From positions 1-56,730 of IMG/VR virus record IMGVR_UViG_3300025121_000062: a DNA stretch of 56,730 bases. One strand, 5' to 3'. This document shows positions 47,460-56,709 of this stretch, one piece after another. The notes beneath the pieces were generated by a model, which was not told where the DNA came from, searched no databases, and was given only the letters and a program-made list of their open reading frames with translations. Every line of letters starts with the position of its first letter. The first letter of the stretch is position 1. Source of the stretch: a virus. Lineage: Duplodnaviria; Caudoviricetes. A program made the translations under genes and the position numbers.

Positions 47460-48116
47460 TTATAGGTGGGGGTTGGGGTGATTGCTGTGCATCGATCCAC
47501 CTTTGGGGTCGATTATCTCGGCCGGCATATCTGGCCACACGCGATTGCCTTTTCGCTGATTGTGTATTGCGGGTATGACTTGTAGATTGTGCTCCACGTG
47601 CAGCCCCTGCACAAGCGGGTGCTGGAGCGGGACTATGTGATCGACTTGCCACTCGTCGGACCTGCCTGTTTTCTGCTGCGTGCGCAGCCGGGCGAGGTCA
47701 TATGCCTCCTCGATGAAGAACTGGTTCGCCCACGCGGGCGTGGCGTTCATCTTCCCTGCTTGACGCTTGCGGGTATGCGCGAGTGTCTTGGCTGGGTTGC
47801 GGGCCTTATATGCAGCCTTTGCTTTCCGAACATGCTCTGGGTGCGTCCGTGCGTACTCTGCCATCTTCTTCAGAGCAGCGGGCTTGTCCTTCTCGTACAC
47901 GCGCTTCGCAGAGGCGTTGCTTGCTGCCTTTCGTTCTGGCTGCTGGTATCGCGTAGTATCGTACTCGCGAAGTCGCTCGCCGTTTTCCACTCGATACTGC
48001 GCGTCCCTGACCTTCCTGCACTCCTTGCAGTGTGGGTACAGCCCGTCAGCAGCGTCCGCCTTTCGGTGGAACGCCGCCTCGATCTTCTCCAATTTGCAAG
48101 TAGTGCAGGTCTTCAT
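47460..48116 (-). mobile_element. free-standing HNH homing endonuclease upstream of the capsid gene
   Basis: MKTCTTC...CKEC zinc finger; ATP.WA; WQVDHIVPL...V.GLHV..NLQVI...N.RKGN. Confidence 0.85.
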
Positions 48117-48117
48117 G

Positions 48118-49230
48118 TTACGTCGTGGTGTAGTAACCGACAACAACGACATCCAGGCCGCTCGACGTTGCGTAAGGCGTGCCGCCTGTGCAGGTCACGA
48201 GCAGCCCCTTGTTGTCAGCGCTGGTCATGCCGCCCGCCGTGATGCCGGTGATAACCGGCGTGCCGGTAACGAGGTTGTGCCACACGCCGTCGGTGAGGTC
48301 GGCGGTGACGTGGCTCAGGAACACGGTCCCTGCCGTTTCCTCGATCACTTCCACAGTGGTCGGACCTGCGACGTTGCCGCCGCCGAGCGTGGCTGCCATC
48401 GAGATGTGCATCACCTGGAACCGCTGGCCGGCGACGGCAGGAACGACATACGATGCGGTTCCTGTATTGATCGCGGCAGCCGTGACAGTCGTGCGATAGA
48501 CAAGGGGGGTTCCGGCGACGGCGGCGTCGAGTTGCGCGGCGGTCGAGCTGACCAGCGTTCCGGCGCCGGCGCCGAGATACAGCGCAGCGGTGTGGAACTC
48601 ATCCAGGTTCTTGTTGGTGCCGAGGATCACAGCCTTGGATGCGGTCGCAACCCCGGCAGACAGCGTGTCCAACATCTCCATTTCAGCTTCGGTCAGAACC
48701 GCGCTGCCGATGCCGATCGAAGTGACTGCGGTCAGCGCCCCGCCGAGGGTCAGCGCACCGCCGGTTCCGAGGATCGCGGCTTTGTCAGCCACCAAGTTCG
48801 TCGAGAGTGCACCATCGAGGTATGCCAGTTCGGCGGTGTCGGCGGTGGCCGCAGTAGCAACAGCCGCATACCAGTGCCCGTTGGCGTCACAGTAAAATCC
48901 TGCGCTGGAGCCGCCCGGCATGGTGAGTGACGCGCCGGCGGTGATCGCGTTGATCTGATCAGCGGCGAGTTCAGGGAATACGATAAGCGCCTGTGTCGCG
49001 CTAGTGTTGACGACCTCGACCTTGGCGTCGACCTCGGCCTTGGGCAGCCGGACAGCCTTGGTGCCGTTGGCGGCGGTCACAACGTTGCGGCCATTTTTCA
49101 GCACGGCGGCGTCGCTGATCAGCGAGCCCGTGGCGGCGACGGTATCGATCTTCAGGAGATCGAAGAAAAACTTTTTGACAGCGAAATCGGCAATCGACGC
49201 AGCAACCGCAAGTTTGGACAGTATGCTCAT
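48118..49230 (-). CDS. putative head fibre / decoration protein
   Basis: AAGG RBS; modular beta-rich protein with TAELAYLDG / AEMEMLD / TAAQLDA fibre-like repeats. Confidence 0.6.
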   Translation of the reverse strand: MSILSKLAVAASIADFAVKKFFFDLLKIDTVAATGSLISDAAVLKNGRNVVTAANGTKAVRLPKAEVDAKVEVVNTSATQALIVFPELAADQINAITAGASLTMPGGSSAGFYCDANGHWYAAVATAATADTAELAYLDGALSTNLVADKAAILGTGGALTLGGALTAVTSIGIGSAVLTEAEMEMLDTLSAGVATASKAVILGTNKNLDEFHTAALYLGAGAGTLVSSTAAQLDAAVAGTPLVYRTTVTAAAINTGTASYVVPAVAGQRFQVMHISMAATLGGGNVAGPTTVEVIEETAGTVFLSHVTADLTDGVWHNLVTGTPVITGITAGGMTSADNKGLLVTCTGGTPYATSSGLDVVVVGYYTTT

Positions 49231-49287
49231 GATGGTTCCTTCAAATCAGGTTAGGTTGTGCGTCGACGTATGGCTACCCATAGAATT

Positions 49288-49320
49288 ATTCTGCCATGTT
49301 TCAAGAAGTTGTGCAACTTC
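49288..49320 (-). promoter_or_regulatory. sigma70-like promoter with overlapping palindrome
   Basis: TTGCAC-17 bp-CAGAAT on the minus strand; GAAGTTG-TG-CAACTTC inverted repeat at 49305-49320 covers the -35. Confidence 0.5.
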
Positions 49321-49322
49321 GT

Positions 49323-50225
49323 TTATTTCGCAGCCGCCGCAGCCTCGGCGAACGCGCCGTCGAAGTCGTTGGGATCCGGAGCCCCCGTCGGCGTAACGGC
49401 GACGCGGCGCGACCCTACCGGGGTCAGGTCATCGGCGCCGGCGGGCGCGGGCTTGAGTGCAGGTGCGGCAGGCGCTGGTGCGGGGGTTGTCATGGGGTTC
49501 GCTTTCTTGTAGTCATTCACCAATGCTATCACGTCCTGTGTCGTGCCCTGGTCATACACCGCCTGCGCGCCGGCCTGGGCATAGGACGGCAGCGTCTTGA
49601 TCCAGTCGGGCACCTTGGTAATCACAACATCGTAGTCGCTGTGCGCGGTATGCAGCGCGGCGGCGTGCTGCTCGACGGCTGACTTTGTGACGGTCTGCTC
49701 GACTGGGACAAGCCTCTGCTCCATGGCAGCCGCGTATTTCCGTACCGCCTCATACACCCGCGCGTTGATGTCACGATCGACCGACTTCAGCCGGGCTTCG
49801 ACCGCCATGGCCTCGCCGGGGAACTCGCGCTTGAACGCCTCCAACGCGGCGGCTTCGTCGGCGGTCGGGGTGTAGGGGGCGATGCTCTGCTCGAACGCCT
49901 CCCTCGCGGCCTTGGCTTCGGGGGTTTCGGCGGGCGCAGGTGCGGGCACTGGCGCAGGTGCGGGCACTGGCGCAGGTGCGGGCACTGGCGCAGGTGCGGG
50001 CGCAGGTGCGGGCGCAGGTGCGGGCGCAGGTGCGGGCACTGGGGCAGGCTCGGGCGCAGGTGCAGGCACTGGCGCAGGTGCGGGCGCAGGTGCGGGCACT
50101 GGGGCAGGTGCGGGCACTGGGGCAGGCTCGGGCGCAGGCGCGGGCACTGGGGCAGGCGCGACATCCAGCGAGGCTACAACCTCGGCGAACGCGGCATCAA
50201 AGCTGTCGTTGTTTTCAGCAGGCAT
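49323..50225 (-). CDS. capsid scaffolding protein (putative)
   Basis: GAGGAG RBS; lies between portal and capsid; acidic/helical, H.DY...W...P. Confidence 0.7.
   Translation of the reverse strand: MPAENNDSFDAAFAEVVASLDVAPAPVPAPAPEPAPVPAPAPVPAPAPAPAPVPAPAPEPAPVPAPAPAPAPAPAPAPAPVPAPAPVPAPAPVPAPAPAETPEAKAAREAFEQSIAPYTPTADEAAALEAFKREFPGEAMAVEARLKSVDRDINARVYEAVRKYAAAMEQRLVPVEQTVTKSAVEQHAAALHTAHSDYDVVITKVPDWIKTLPSYAQAGAQAVYDQGTTQDVIALVNDYKKANPMTTPAPAPAAPALKPAPAGADDLTPVGSRRVAVTPTGAPDPNDFDGAFAEAAAAAK
49933..50160 (-). repeat. 6/12/18-bp coding microsatellite-like repeat (PAPAPV/PAPAPE)n
   Basis: GGCGCAGGTGCG / GGCACT units in tandem. Confidence 0.9.
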
Positions 50226-50235
50226 GTCTATCTCC

Positions 50236-50469
50236 TCAAAGTGGTTGCTTGATTGTCGGGCCGATGTCGATCAACTTGATCATGTTGGCCACGGCGAACG
50301 CTTCGCCTTGCTTGCGGGTCAAGTCGTCACCGACCATCCCGACCCATTCGGTGTTTATTCGGTCGCGCCGTGCGTACAGCCAGTCGCGCATCGCGTGGAT
50401 ACCGGGTTCGTGTCGGCACGCAAATATGTCCAGTTCGGTTTTATGCTGCTCTGCCTTGATGATGCTCAT
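50236..50469 (-). CDS. small conserved protein downstream of the portal
   Basis: ATGA-coupled; helical with a QG.A motif. Confidence 0.7.
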   Translation of the reverse strand: MSIIKAEQHKTELDIFACRHEPGIHAMRDWLYARRDRINTEWVGMVGDDLTRKQGEAFAVANMIKLIDIGPTIKQPL

Positions 50470-52559
50470 TTCGTGCCTCCTGTCGGTGCCGGTTTTTCTG
50501 CCGCTATCCGCGCTGTGTCGGCGGAGTGCGCTGCCACGAGGTTCTTGGCCTGATCAGCGGCGTGCTTGTTGCCGGTGTTGATGGCGTCGATGATGGTCTG
50601 CAACACCGTCGTCCCGACCGCCGCCTGGTCTGACGCGGCCTTGGCCTCGTTGGCGAGCGCGGAGGTGAGCACTTCCTTGACCTGCGCGGCAACGAGATCC
50701 ATCTGTCCTTGCTGCATCTGCTGCTGCGCCGCGGCGTTCTGCTTGATGATCTCGGCAGCCTTATCCTCGTCCTCCATCAGGTCGTCGACAGGGATGTCGT
50801 TGGCCTTCGCGCGTTCGATCAGCAGTGCGCGGGTCTTGATGTACGGCAGTTCGTCTGGCGTGAGACTCCGCTTGAACTCAGCGAGCGACTGCGCCAGCAC
50901 CTCCTTCGCGATCAGGCTGGTGGAGCCGCGGGCGATGATGTTGTGGTCACCGTCGCGCGAGGCGTCCGGTGCGTATTTCTTGTTCCATGCGACGAGCGCC
51001 GAGATGAGCGAGATGGTGAATGTGTCATAGTTACGCACGGTGTCGCGCACCGGCAGTGCGGCCGCACCGAGGAACATGGATGCGTTGCGCTGGGTGCGCA
51101 GTGCCTCGCTGCCGCCCTGCGACGTGTCGCCGAGCGATGCCGGCGGCAGGCCGGACTCCTTGTCGCCGAAGCTGAGGAACAACTGTACCAGCGGGAGCAA
51201 CTCGCTCAGGTGGCTGTCAATACTGATGTTGCGTACTGCCGGTATCGCGTCGGACTGCCCGCCGTTGCTCTCGCGCATCCACGTCTTGTGCTTGCTGATC
51301 GAGTGGTTCTGCCCTGGTGTGAGCATGTCGGTGTTGATCTCCGCCATCGGGCCGATGACGCTGGCGTTGTCCAGTGCCGCGCGCACGGTTTCGTTGAGGC
51401 TCATCTGCGAGTCGCGCAGCGTGTCGCACAACCCGTTGCCGAGGATGGACAGGTCGTCGTCTTCGAACACGAAGTAGTGGTGGTGCTGGATGGCGTCGCC
51501 CAGCGGCGCGAGCTTGGCCTTGATCACGATGTTGTCGATCGTCCAGACGTTGCCGCGAAACGAGAGTCCGATCTGGCTGTCGGGGATGCTCACGCCAGCG
51601 CTGCGAAGCTCGTGGCCAGTGACGTGCCCCCAGTACGACAGCACCTCGTACTTGCGGCTCTCCTTACCCTGGACGCCGGCTTGTGCGCTCTTGGGCTCGC
51701 CCTTCATGACCGATTCCCACCACTGGGGCTGATAGTTTCCGGCGGCGTGGCGTTCGAGGTAGTCGGTCACCCGCTTCGCGAGGAAGTCGGGCCGCGCTGC
51801 AAGTTCCTCGACCTCAACGCGCGTCATGATGTGGCGGTCGAACGCGCCGTCCTGCTTGTCGAGTGAGGTCGCCGTCATATCGGGGTAGTGATTCCACACG
51901 GGGAGGAACTCGAACAGCGGCTTGTACTTGTCGATCTCGATCGCCTTGTATGCGCCCGTGTTGACATCGCGTTGCCATGTGCGGGCCTTGGTCTTCTCAT
52001 GGAACGGCCCGGTGAGAATGCCTACGTTGTAAATTGTGGCACTTCGTACAACCTTACGTGCAAGTGTGATGAATTCCATTTCCTGAAGGTCGTCGTCGAT
52101 CTTCAACTCCATCGCGCCAGCCTTGCCCTTGGCGTGCTCACGAATACCCTTCTCAATCTCCTCACCGGTGAGTTCGACCTGCGACGGGTCGCCGTCGCCC
52201 GCCTTCGCTGCAACGAGTTGATCCAGCACCTGCTGCAACTGCGCGGTCGAGAGATCGGGCAGCGGCGACGGGCGCACGCCGTAGTTCTTCTCGGTCTGGG
52301 GGAACAGCATCTGCATCAATCTTGCGATCGTGCCGCGCACCATCCATGCCGTCATGCCGGGATATGCTTTCGACCTGTCGGCCGGAATCATGGCCAAGAC
52401 TTTCGCGTCATAAATCTTCCTGACCTGATACAGGTTCTGGAGCCATCGCTCCTCGATCTGCTTGCGGTCGTCGCGATGCGTTGGCCAGAGTCCGAAGATG
52501 CGCTGTCCGAGGAGATTCAATCCAGCGTCGTTGAGGGTGGGGGGGATGAGGATGTCCAT
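50466..52559 (-). CDS. portal protein
   Basis: 697 aa directly after the terminase; E.RW..N, G.G....RD.Q..LN..R..LDN, Gln-rich C-terminal barrel. Confidence 0.85.
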   Translation of the reverse strand: MDILIPPTLNDAGLNLLGQRIFGLWPTHRDDRKQIEERWLQNLYQVRKIYDAKVLAMIPADRSKAYPGMTAWMVRGTIARLMQMLFPQTEKNYGVRPSPLPDLSTAQLQQVLDQLVAAKAGDGDPSQVELTGEEIEKGIREHAKGKAGAMELKIDDDLQEMEFITLARKVVRSATIYNVGILTGPFHEKTKARTWQRDVNTGAYKAIEIDKYKPLFEFLPVWNHYPDMTATSLDKQDGAFDRHIMTRVEVEELAARPDFLAKRVTDYLERHAAGNYQPQWWESVMKGEPKSAQAGVQGKESRKYEVLSYWGHVTGHELRSAGVSIPDSQIGLSFRGNVWTIDNIVIKAKLAPLGDAIQHHHYFVFEDDDLSILGNGLCDTLRDSQMSLNETVRAALDNASVIGPMAEINTDMLTPGQNHSISKHKTWMRESNGGQSDAIPAVRNISIDSHLSELLPLVQLFLSFGDKESGLPPASLGDTSQGGSEALRTQRNASMFLGAAALPVRDTVRNYDTFTISLISALVAWNKKYAPDASRDGDHNIIARGSTSLIAKEVLAQSLAEFKRSLTPDELPYIKTRALLIERAKANDIPVDDLMEDEDKAAEIIKQNAAAQQQMQQGQMDLVAAQVKEVLTSALANEAKAASDQAAVGTTVLQTIIDAINTGNKHAADQAKNLVAAHSADTARIAAEKPAPTGGTK

Positions 52560-52569
52560 GGCGGTCCTT

Positions 52570-54027
52570 TTATCTGGGTGTGGCGTATGGGTTCACGTTC
52601 GGTGGGGTGGCGATTGTACCGCGTTCTTTCAGGTCAGCTTTTGTCCGTTCGCCGCGGTGAAACCACATGTCCGCGTACTCGTTGGCCTCGCCCAGGTGGG
52701 AATCGTCATTCTTATCGACATCCTCAGTATTACGACCGTCCTTCGTCTTCTTGAACTGATACCCCCCGCCGAGCGCACGTACAAGGTCCGTGCAGCCTGG
52801 ATCAATGAGGTATGCTGGCATCCCCCGCTGCACAAGCATGGAGAGGAAATGGTCTGTAGCGCCTTGCCTGTGAACCGGACTGTTGCTCCATGCCAATTTT
52901 ACTTTGTTGATGCCTTTGCGCTTATACCTGCGGAATATATCGGCGCAACTGGCCTCCTCAGCCTGACCCCCGGCGTTGCCGCTCGGGTCGCCCGTTACGG
53001 CAATATCAAATCCATCGTACTTCTGGCGCAGGAGCGGGAGTAACTTCGTCTCGATCGCCGTTTCGATGGCCATCCCGAACGTGGATATGTTGTCGAATGT
53101 GAGCACCCGCCCGAATGCGTCCTGCTGCTTCAGTACCATCGCAGGGGTTCTGCCGAAGTCCGCCCCGACCAGAAGCAGAAGCTGCCTATTCGGGATCAGG
53201 ACTGATTTGGCCACATGTACGTCACGGTTGAACATGGGGTGCACCGGCTTCCCGCCCTTCGACCGGCCATACTCGCACATGACATACGTGCGGATGTACT
53301 CATCCGTCTTACCAGTGATCAGGTTGGTGTAGTACCCTGGCGGCAGGTTCTCGCGGTTCTCGGCGAGTGGGTTCTCGATATATGTGTCATCGACCAGTCT
53401 GATTGCGCCGGCTGGCTGCTTGAATATCTCCCAGTCGTTCGCCTGTTTGATCTTCATGTCGTCGGGCTTGAAGCCTTCGCACATCGCCCACCAGTACGAC
53501 ATCTCCTCTGGCATGTTCGAGTCGCCCCAGATGCCGGACCACGAGGGGCCGCCCTCATTCATTCGCGGGTATCGACCGATCCGGCCGTCGAGCGCTTCGA
53601 TGATGTCACGGTGGATATCGCGAAACTCGTTCACGTAGGCGCCGGTGAGTTCCAGTGATAGCAAGTTCTTCACGTCAGCGGCATCATCCAGCGCACGAAA
53701 AATGACCTCGCACTCGATATCGCCCTGCTTGATGAAGTAGGTCTTACCGGTCTCCTTGTAGTTCCCCAGCGAGCCGTTCGGGAACCAGTCGAAGAACGTC
53801 TTCATGGTCGTGTCGCGGAGCTGCGGCATCGTGTTGCGGACGACAGCGAACCGTGTCTTGCGCTTGCCGTCCGGGCCTTGCCGCTGCATGCTGGCCCGGC
53901 GCGGGATGTCCCATTGGCTGCCGACAGACTTGCCGGAGCCGAACGGCCCGAGGATGAACCGGTGTCGCGCGTCGCTCTGCATGTACGCAGAGACGACCGG
54001 TGGGAAGTTCGCGTTGAGGTCCATCAT
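52570..54027 (-). CDS. terL: terminase large subunit
   Basis: Walker A GPFGSGKS, VVRNT.PQL.DTT, Walker B YVNE, nuclease GADFG.TP, GDP.G. Confidence 0.92.
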   Translation of the reverse strand: MMDLNANFPPVVSAYMQSDARHRFILGPFGSGKSVGSQWDIPRRASMQRQGPDGKRKTRFAVVRNTMPQLRDTTMKTFFDWFPNGSLGNYKETGKTYFIKQGDIECEVIFRALDDAADVKNLLSLELTGAYVNEFRDIHRDIIEALDGRIGRYPRMNEGGPSWSGIWGDSNMPEEMSYWWAMCEGFKPDDMKIKQANDWEIFKQPAGAIRLVDDTYIENPLAENRENLPPGYYTNLITGKTDEYIRTYVMCEYGRSKGGKPVHPMFNRDVHVAKSVLIPNRQLLLLVGADFGRTPAMVLKQQDAFGRVLTFDNISTFGMAIETAIETKLLPLLRQKYDGFDIAVTGDPSGNAGGQAEEASCADIFRRYKRKGINKVKLAWSNSPVHRQGATDHFLSMLVQRGMPAYLIDPGCTDLVRALGGGYQFKKTKDGRNTEDVDKNDDSHLGEANEYADMWFHRGERTKADLKERGTIATPPNVNPYATPR

Positions 54028-54287
54028 ACTCCCGCAATAATCGGCCCGAGTGTGCAGCCGTCAGGGCAGTCGCCCGGCGTGAAGTCGCGCATGTCGGTGT
54101 GTGGTCCGCCGCAGAGGTAACAGTGCTCGTACTCATGGAGGCTGGCCGGTTTGTTACCGAACAACTCACGCACGCTCTGCACCTGAACGCCGAAGTACGT
54201 GTTGAACTCGGCGACGGACGTCTCGGCGAACTGGCGCGTCACGCCCATGTGAACCCATCCGCAGTGGTTGCAAGTGCGCAGGTTCAT
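54024..54287 (-). CDS. zinc-binding hypothetical protein
   Basis: CxxCGWVH...CxxCG; ATGA-coupled. Confidence 0.7.
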   Translation of the reverse strand: MNLRTCNHCGWVHMGVTRQFAETSVAEFNTYFGVQVQSVRELFGNKPASLHEYEHCYLCGGPHTDMRDFTPGDCPDGCTLGPIIAGV

Positions 54288-54538
54288 GCGGCCTCCGGTT
54301 CTGGTGCAGGACCGCCCGGCAGTACCTTATGCTGGAACCGGACCCCATCCAGCCGCTCAAGCGTGAGCAGGTCACCCTGCTTGTCGATCAGTCGAACCAG
54401 GTCACAGTGCCCCTTCGCGTTCGGCGGCCCGACCGCCAGTTCGCCGGTAACGAACCCATGGCTGTGCAGCACTGCTTCCAGCGCACCGGCGGCCGGGCCG
54501 TTGAGGCAGCGGGGATGGATGAGGACTCTGGCGGTCAT
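54284..54538 (-). CDS. hypothetical protein
   Basis: AGGAGG upstream; ATGA overlap downstream. Confidence 0.6.
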   Translation of the reverse strand: MTARVLIHPRCLNGPAAGALEAVLHSHGFVTGELAVGPPNAKGHCDLVRLIDKQGDLLTLERLDGVRFQHKVLPGGPAPEPEAA

Positions 54539-54604
54539 GTCGTAATGTACCTCCTGGCTACTATTAGGCGCATAAAAGCCCGATAACTAGGCGTATGTGA
54601 CCTG

Positions 54605-55036
54605 TTACACAAGGTCGAAGGCGTCCACGCCATTGCCGCAGCCGACAGCGAACAGACACGTCAGTTCGACTGCCTCACGGGCTGATTTACCGAGGTACAT
54701 CGCTGTGACAGCGAAGTCGGCGCCGGACCCCCATGCGCCGAACGCATCCTCAACCGCGAGGGGTATCGCCTGCTCGTAGAACTTGCACCCGCTCACATCG
54801 GCAACGATCAGCCGGACGCAGTCGTTCTCTTCGCTGTCGGGTATCGGCCATGTCGCCGGGTCGGCACCTTGCTTGTACCATTCCACCAGCATCTGCCCCA
54901 TCGCCTGCATGCCGGTGATCGCAGCGACTTCGCCGGTGTCGAGCCGCCATATCTTGGTCGTGGTGGAGCACCTGCCGCCGCACACCGACTGCTTGTCAGC
55001 GGCGAGGCTACGCCCGTCGTAGGCTACGACCGTCAT
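54605..55036 (-). CDS. Ntn-hydrolase, proteasome-beta/HslV-like protein
   Basis: N-terminal Thr after Met, AAD, K, G and GSG..A spaced as in the HslV/proteasome beta fold. Confidence 0.65.
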   Translation of the reverse strand: MTVVAYDGRSLAADKQSVCGGRCSTTTKIWRLDTGEVAAITGMQAMGQMLVEWYKQGADPATWPIPDSEENDCVRLIVADVSGCKFYEQAIPLAVEDAFGAWGSGADFAVTAMYLGKSAREAVELTCLFAVGCGNGVDAFDLV

Positions 55037-55320
55037 GATTCCTCCTGTACCCCGAACACTGGGTCGAACGGCCAGTTGAGCGTTGGGTTAACTTCTATGC
55101 CGCCGTCTTCCCCGCGCCGGACCCCAATGATGCAAGTCACCGTCGGGATCTGGCACCCCTCGACTGTCGGATACCCAGCGCCTTCGATCTTGATCTGCAG
55201 GCGACCGCGAACGCCGAACTCCGTGCGCGCGTCGACGATCTCCGCCGTCTCGGGTAACTGCAGGAGTTCTCGCAGCATGCCGGTATCGAACTCCAGGATG
55301 GCCATCAGCCTGTGACTCAT
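55033..55320 (-). CDS. hypothetical protein
   Basis: ATGA-coupled on both sides. Confidence 0.65.
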   Translation of the reverse strand: MSHRLMAILEFDTGMLRELLQLPETAEIVDARTEFGVRGRLQIKIEGAGYPTVEGCQIPTVTCIIGVRRGEDGGIEVNPTLNWPFDPVFGVQEES

Positions 55321-55727
55321 GTCGTCGGCCCCTCGACTGAATCGTTGTACCGCTCGGCGATCTGATCGTAGACCTTCATGTCCACCGGGCCTGCCGGCGC
55401 CACAGCACGCTCGCGCTCATAATCGTCAGGGATGGGGTATGGCGCCGGGTCGAGCGAGTCGAGGTACGCCTTGGCTTCGGTGGTCGGGGGCTCGATCGAC
55501 GTGGGTGCATCGGTTTTGGCGCACTCGTCAGGCCACGCTACATCAATCGGCGCAGGCGCATCGGTTTTGGTGCAGGCAAGCGCGATCATGTCCAGCGCCA
55601 TCTTGGCCCCGCGCATGGTGCCTTCGAGCTTGTAGCGGTTGTGCTCCGGGAACCCTCGGCTGGCGGCGCCCTCGAACGCGGCGCGGGCTGAATCGAACGC
55701 GGCCTGGGCTTCGGTGAGTTGGGTCAT
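55317..55727 (-). CDS. hypothetical protein
   Basis: AGGAGG RBS; contains a duplicated C.KTDAP..I. Confidence 0.6.
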   Translation of the reverse strand: MTQLTEAQAAFDSARAAFEGAASRGFPEHNRYKLEGTMRGAKMALDMIALACTKTDAPAPIDVAWPDECAKTDAPTSIEPPTTEAKAYLDSLDPAPYPIPDDYERERAVAPAGPVDMKVYDQIAERYNDSVEGPTT

Positions 55728-55731
55728 GGTT

Positions 55732-56256
55732 TTACCCCTCCTGTGTGATTGTGAGCGGTTCGTACTGTGCTGCAACTACCTGCTGCGGCGCCTGCCCCGC
55801 GAAAGTTATGCTGAGGGTCAGCCCGCCCCCGGTCCGGCCGTCGTCCTTGGCTTCCTTCGGCTCGAAGCCGGCGACTTTGGCCGACCACTTGATCAAGTCT
55901 GCCCGGACTGCTGCGCTCTGTAGCGGGTCAGTCGCTATATCGTGAGCGTAGGGAAGTAACTCCCCTGCGATTAACTTCGCTTTCGTCCGGAAGTTGAGTC
56001 CTGTCTCCTGAACTTCCTTGGCCGCGATGTGCATCAGCGCGATGAACGCCGGGCTTTCCAGCAGGTCGGCGGCGGCCTCGTCGGAGTATCCATACCGCTG
56101 GAATATCTCGGCGGCATCATCCACATGCAGGGCAAGTTCTACCGCCAGGCGTTCGTGCGTCTTGCGGTATATCTCCGGCACGTCCTCCAGCCGCGCGGCC
56201 TGGCGCAGGGAGGACGGCGTGGTGGCGTAGTCGATGGGCTGGGTGTCGTCGCTCAT
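55732..56256 (-). CDS. terS: terminase small subunit (putative)
   Basis: Helical; LAVELAL...F..KAK..A...VRADLIKW...G.TLSITF; upstream of terL. Confidence 0.55.
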   Translation of the reverse strand: MSDDTQPIDYATTPSSLRQAARLEDVPEIYRKTHERLAVELALHVDDAAEIFQRYGYSDEAAADLLESPAFIALMHIAAKEVQETGLNFRTKAKLIAGELLPYAHDIATDPLQSAAVRADLIKWSAKVAGFEPKEAKDDGRTGGGLTLSITFAGQAPQQVVAAQYEPLTITQEG

Positions 56257-56438
56257 TGCAGTTTCGGGAACGCAGCGATGATGCAGCCGACATTGAAGTT
56301 GACCCGCTCCGCGCTGTCGAGCGGGTAGGGGTTGAACACGAAGCCTTCGGGGTGATATGGCACACGCAGGTTCCTAGCAGCGATCATGGCATCATAGCCG
56401 CGCTGCTGGATGTGGGGGATAGTTTGGGCGCGGGTCAT
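56253..56438 (-). CDS. hypothetical protein
   Basis: ATGA-coupled; G......NPY...S.E...F..G (Rmf-like pattern). Confidence 0.55.
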   Translation of the reverse strand: MTRAQTIPHIQQRGYDAMIAARNLRVPYHPEGFVFNPYPLDSAERVNFNVGCIIAAFPKLQ

Positions 56439-56653
56439 ATCAGCGGCTCTCCAGTGTAGCGGCACCATGCCGACCGTGCCCTAGCCCATCGCCCGAGGAA
56501 CGCCTTGACTGCACAGGTCTGCGGGGTGGCGAAGTACCCGACGATCGCTGTCGCGAACGAGTCCGCGAGGGTTCTGAGTTCGTGTTCGGGCGGCAGACCG
56601 TCCTGGTCGGCGCGGGCGAACATTTTCTCAGGTAGGCTTTTGTCGATTGGCAT
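56435..56653 (-). CDS. hypothetical protein
   Basis: First gene of the minus-strand operon in the window; W..AR..W..YTGE. Confidence 0.65.
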   Translation of the reverse strand: MPIDKSLPEKMFARADQDGLPPEHELRTLADSFATAIVGYFATPQTCAVKAFLGRWARARSAWCRYTGEPLI

Positions 56654-56709
56654 GTGTAAAGCATGACATGGAACGGCGGAGCTGTCAAGCGGTAAAGACC
56701 TTTACACAT
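56652..56709 (-). promoter_or_regulatory. sigma70 promoter flanked by inverted repeats
   Basis: TTGACA (56688-56683), 17 bp, CATGCT (56665-56660); ATGTGTAAAG / CTTTACACAT inverted repeat; GTAAAG-AC-CTTTAC palindrome. Confidence 0.65.
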
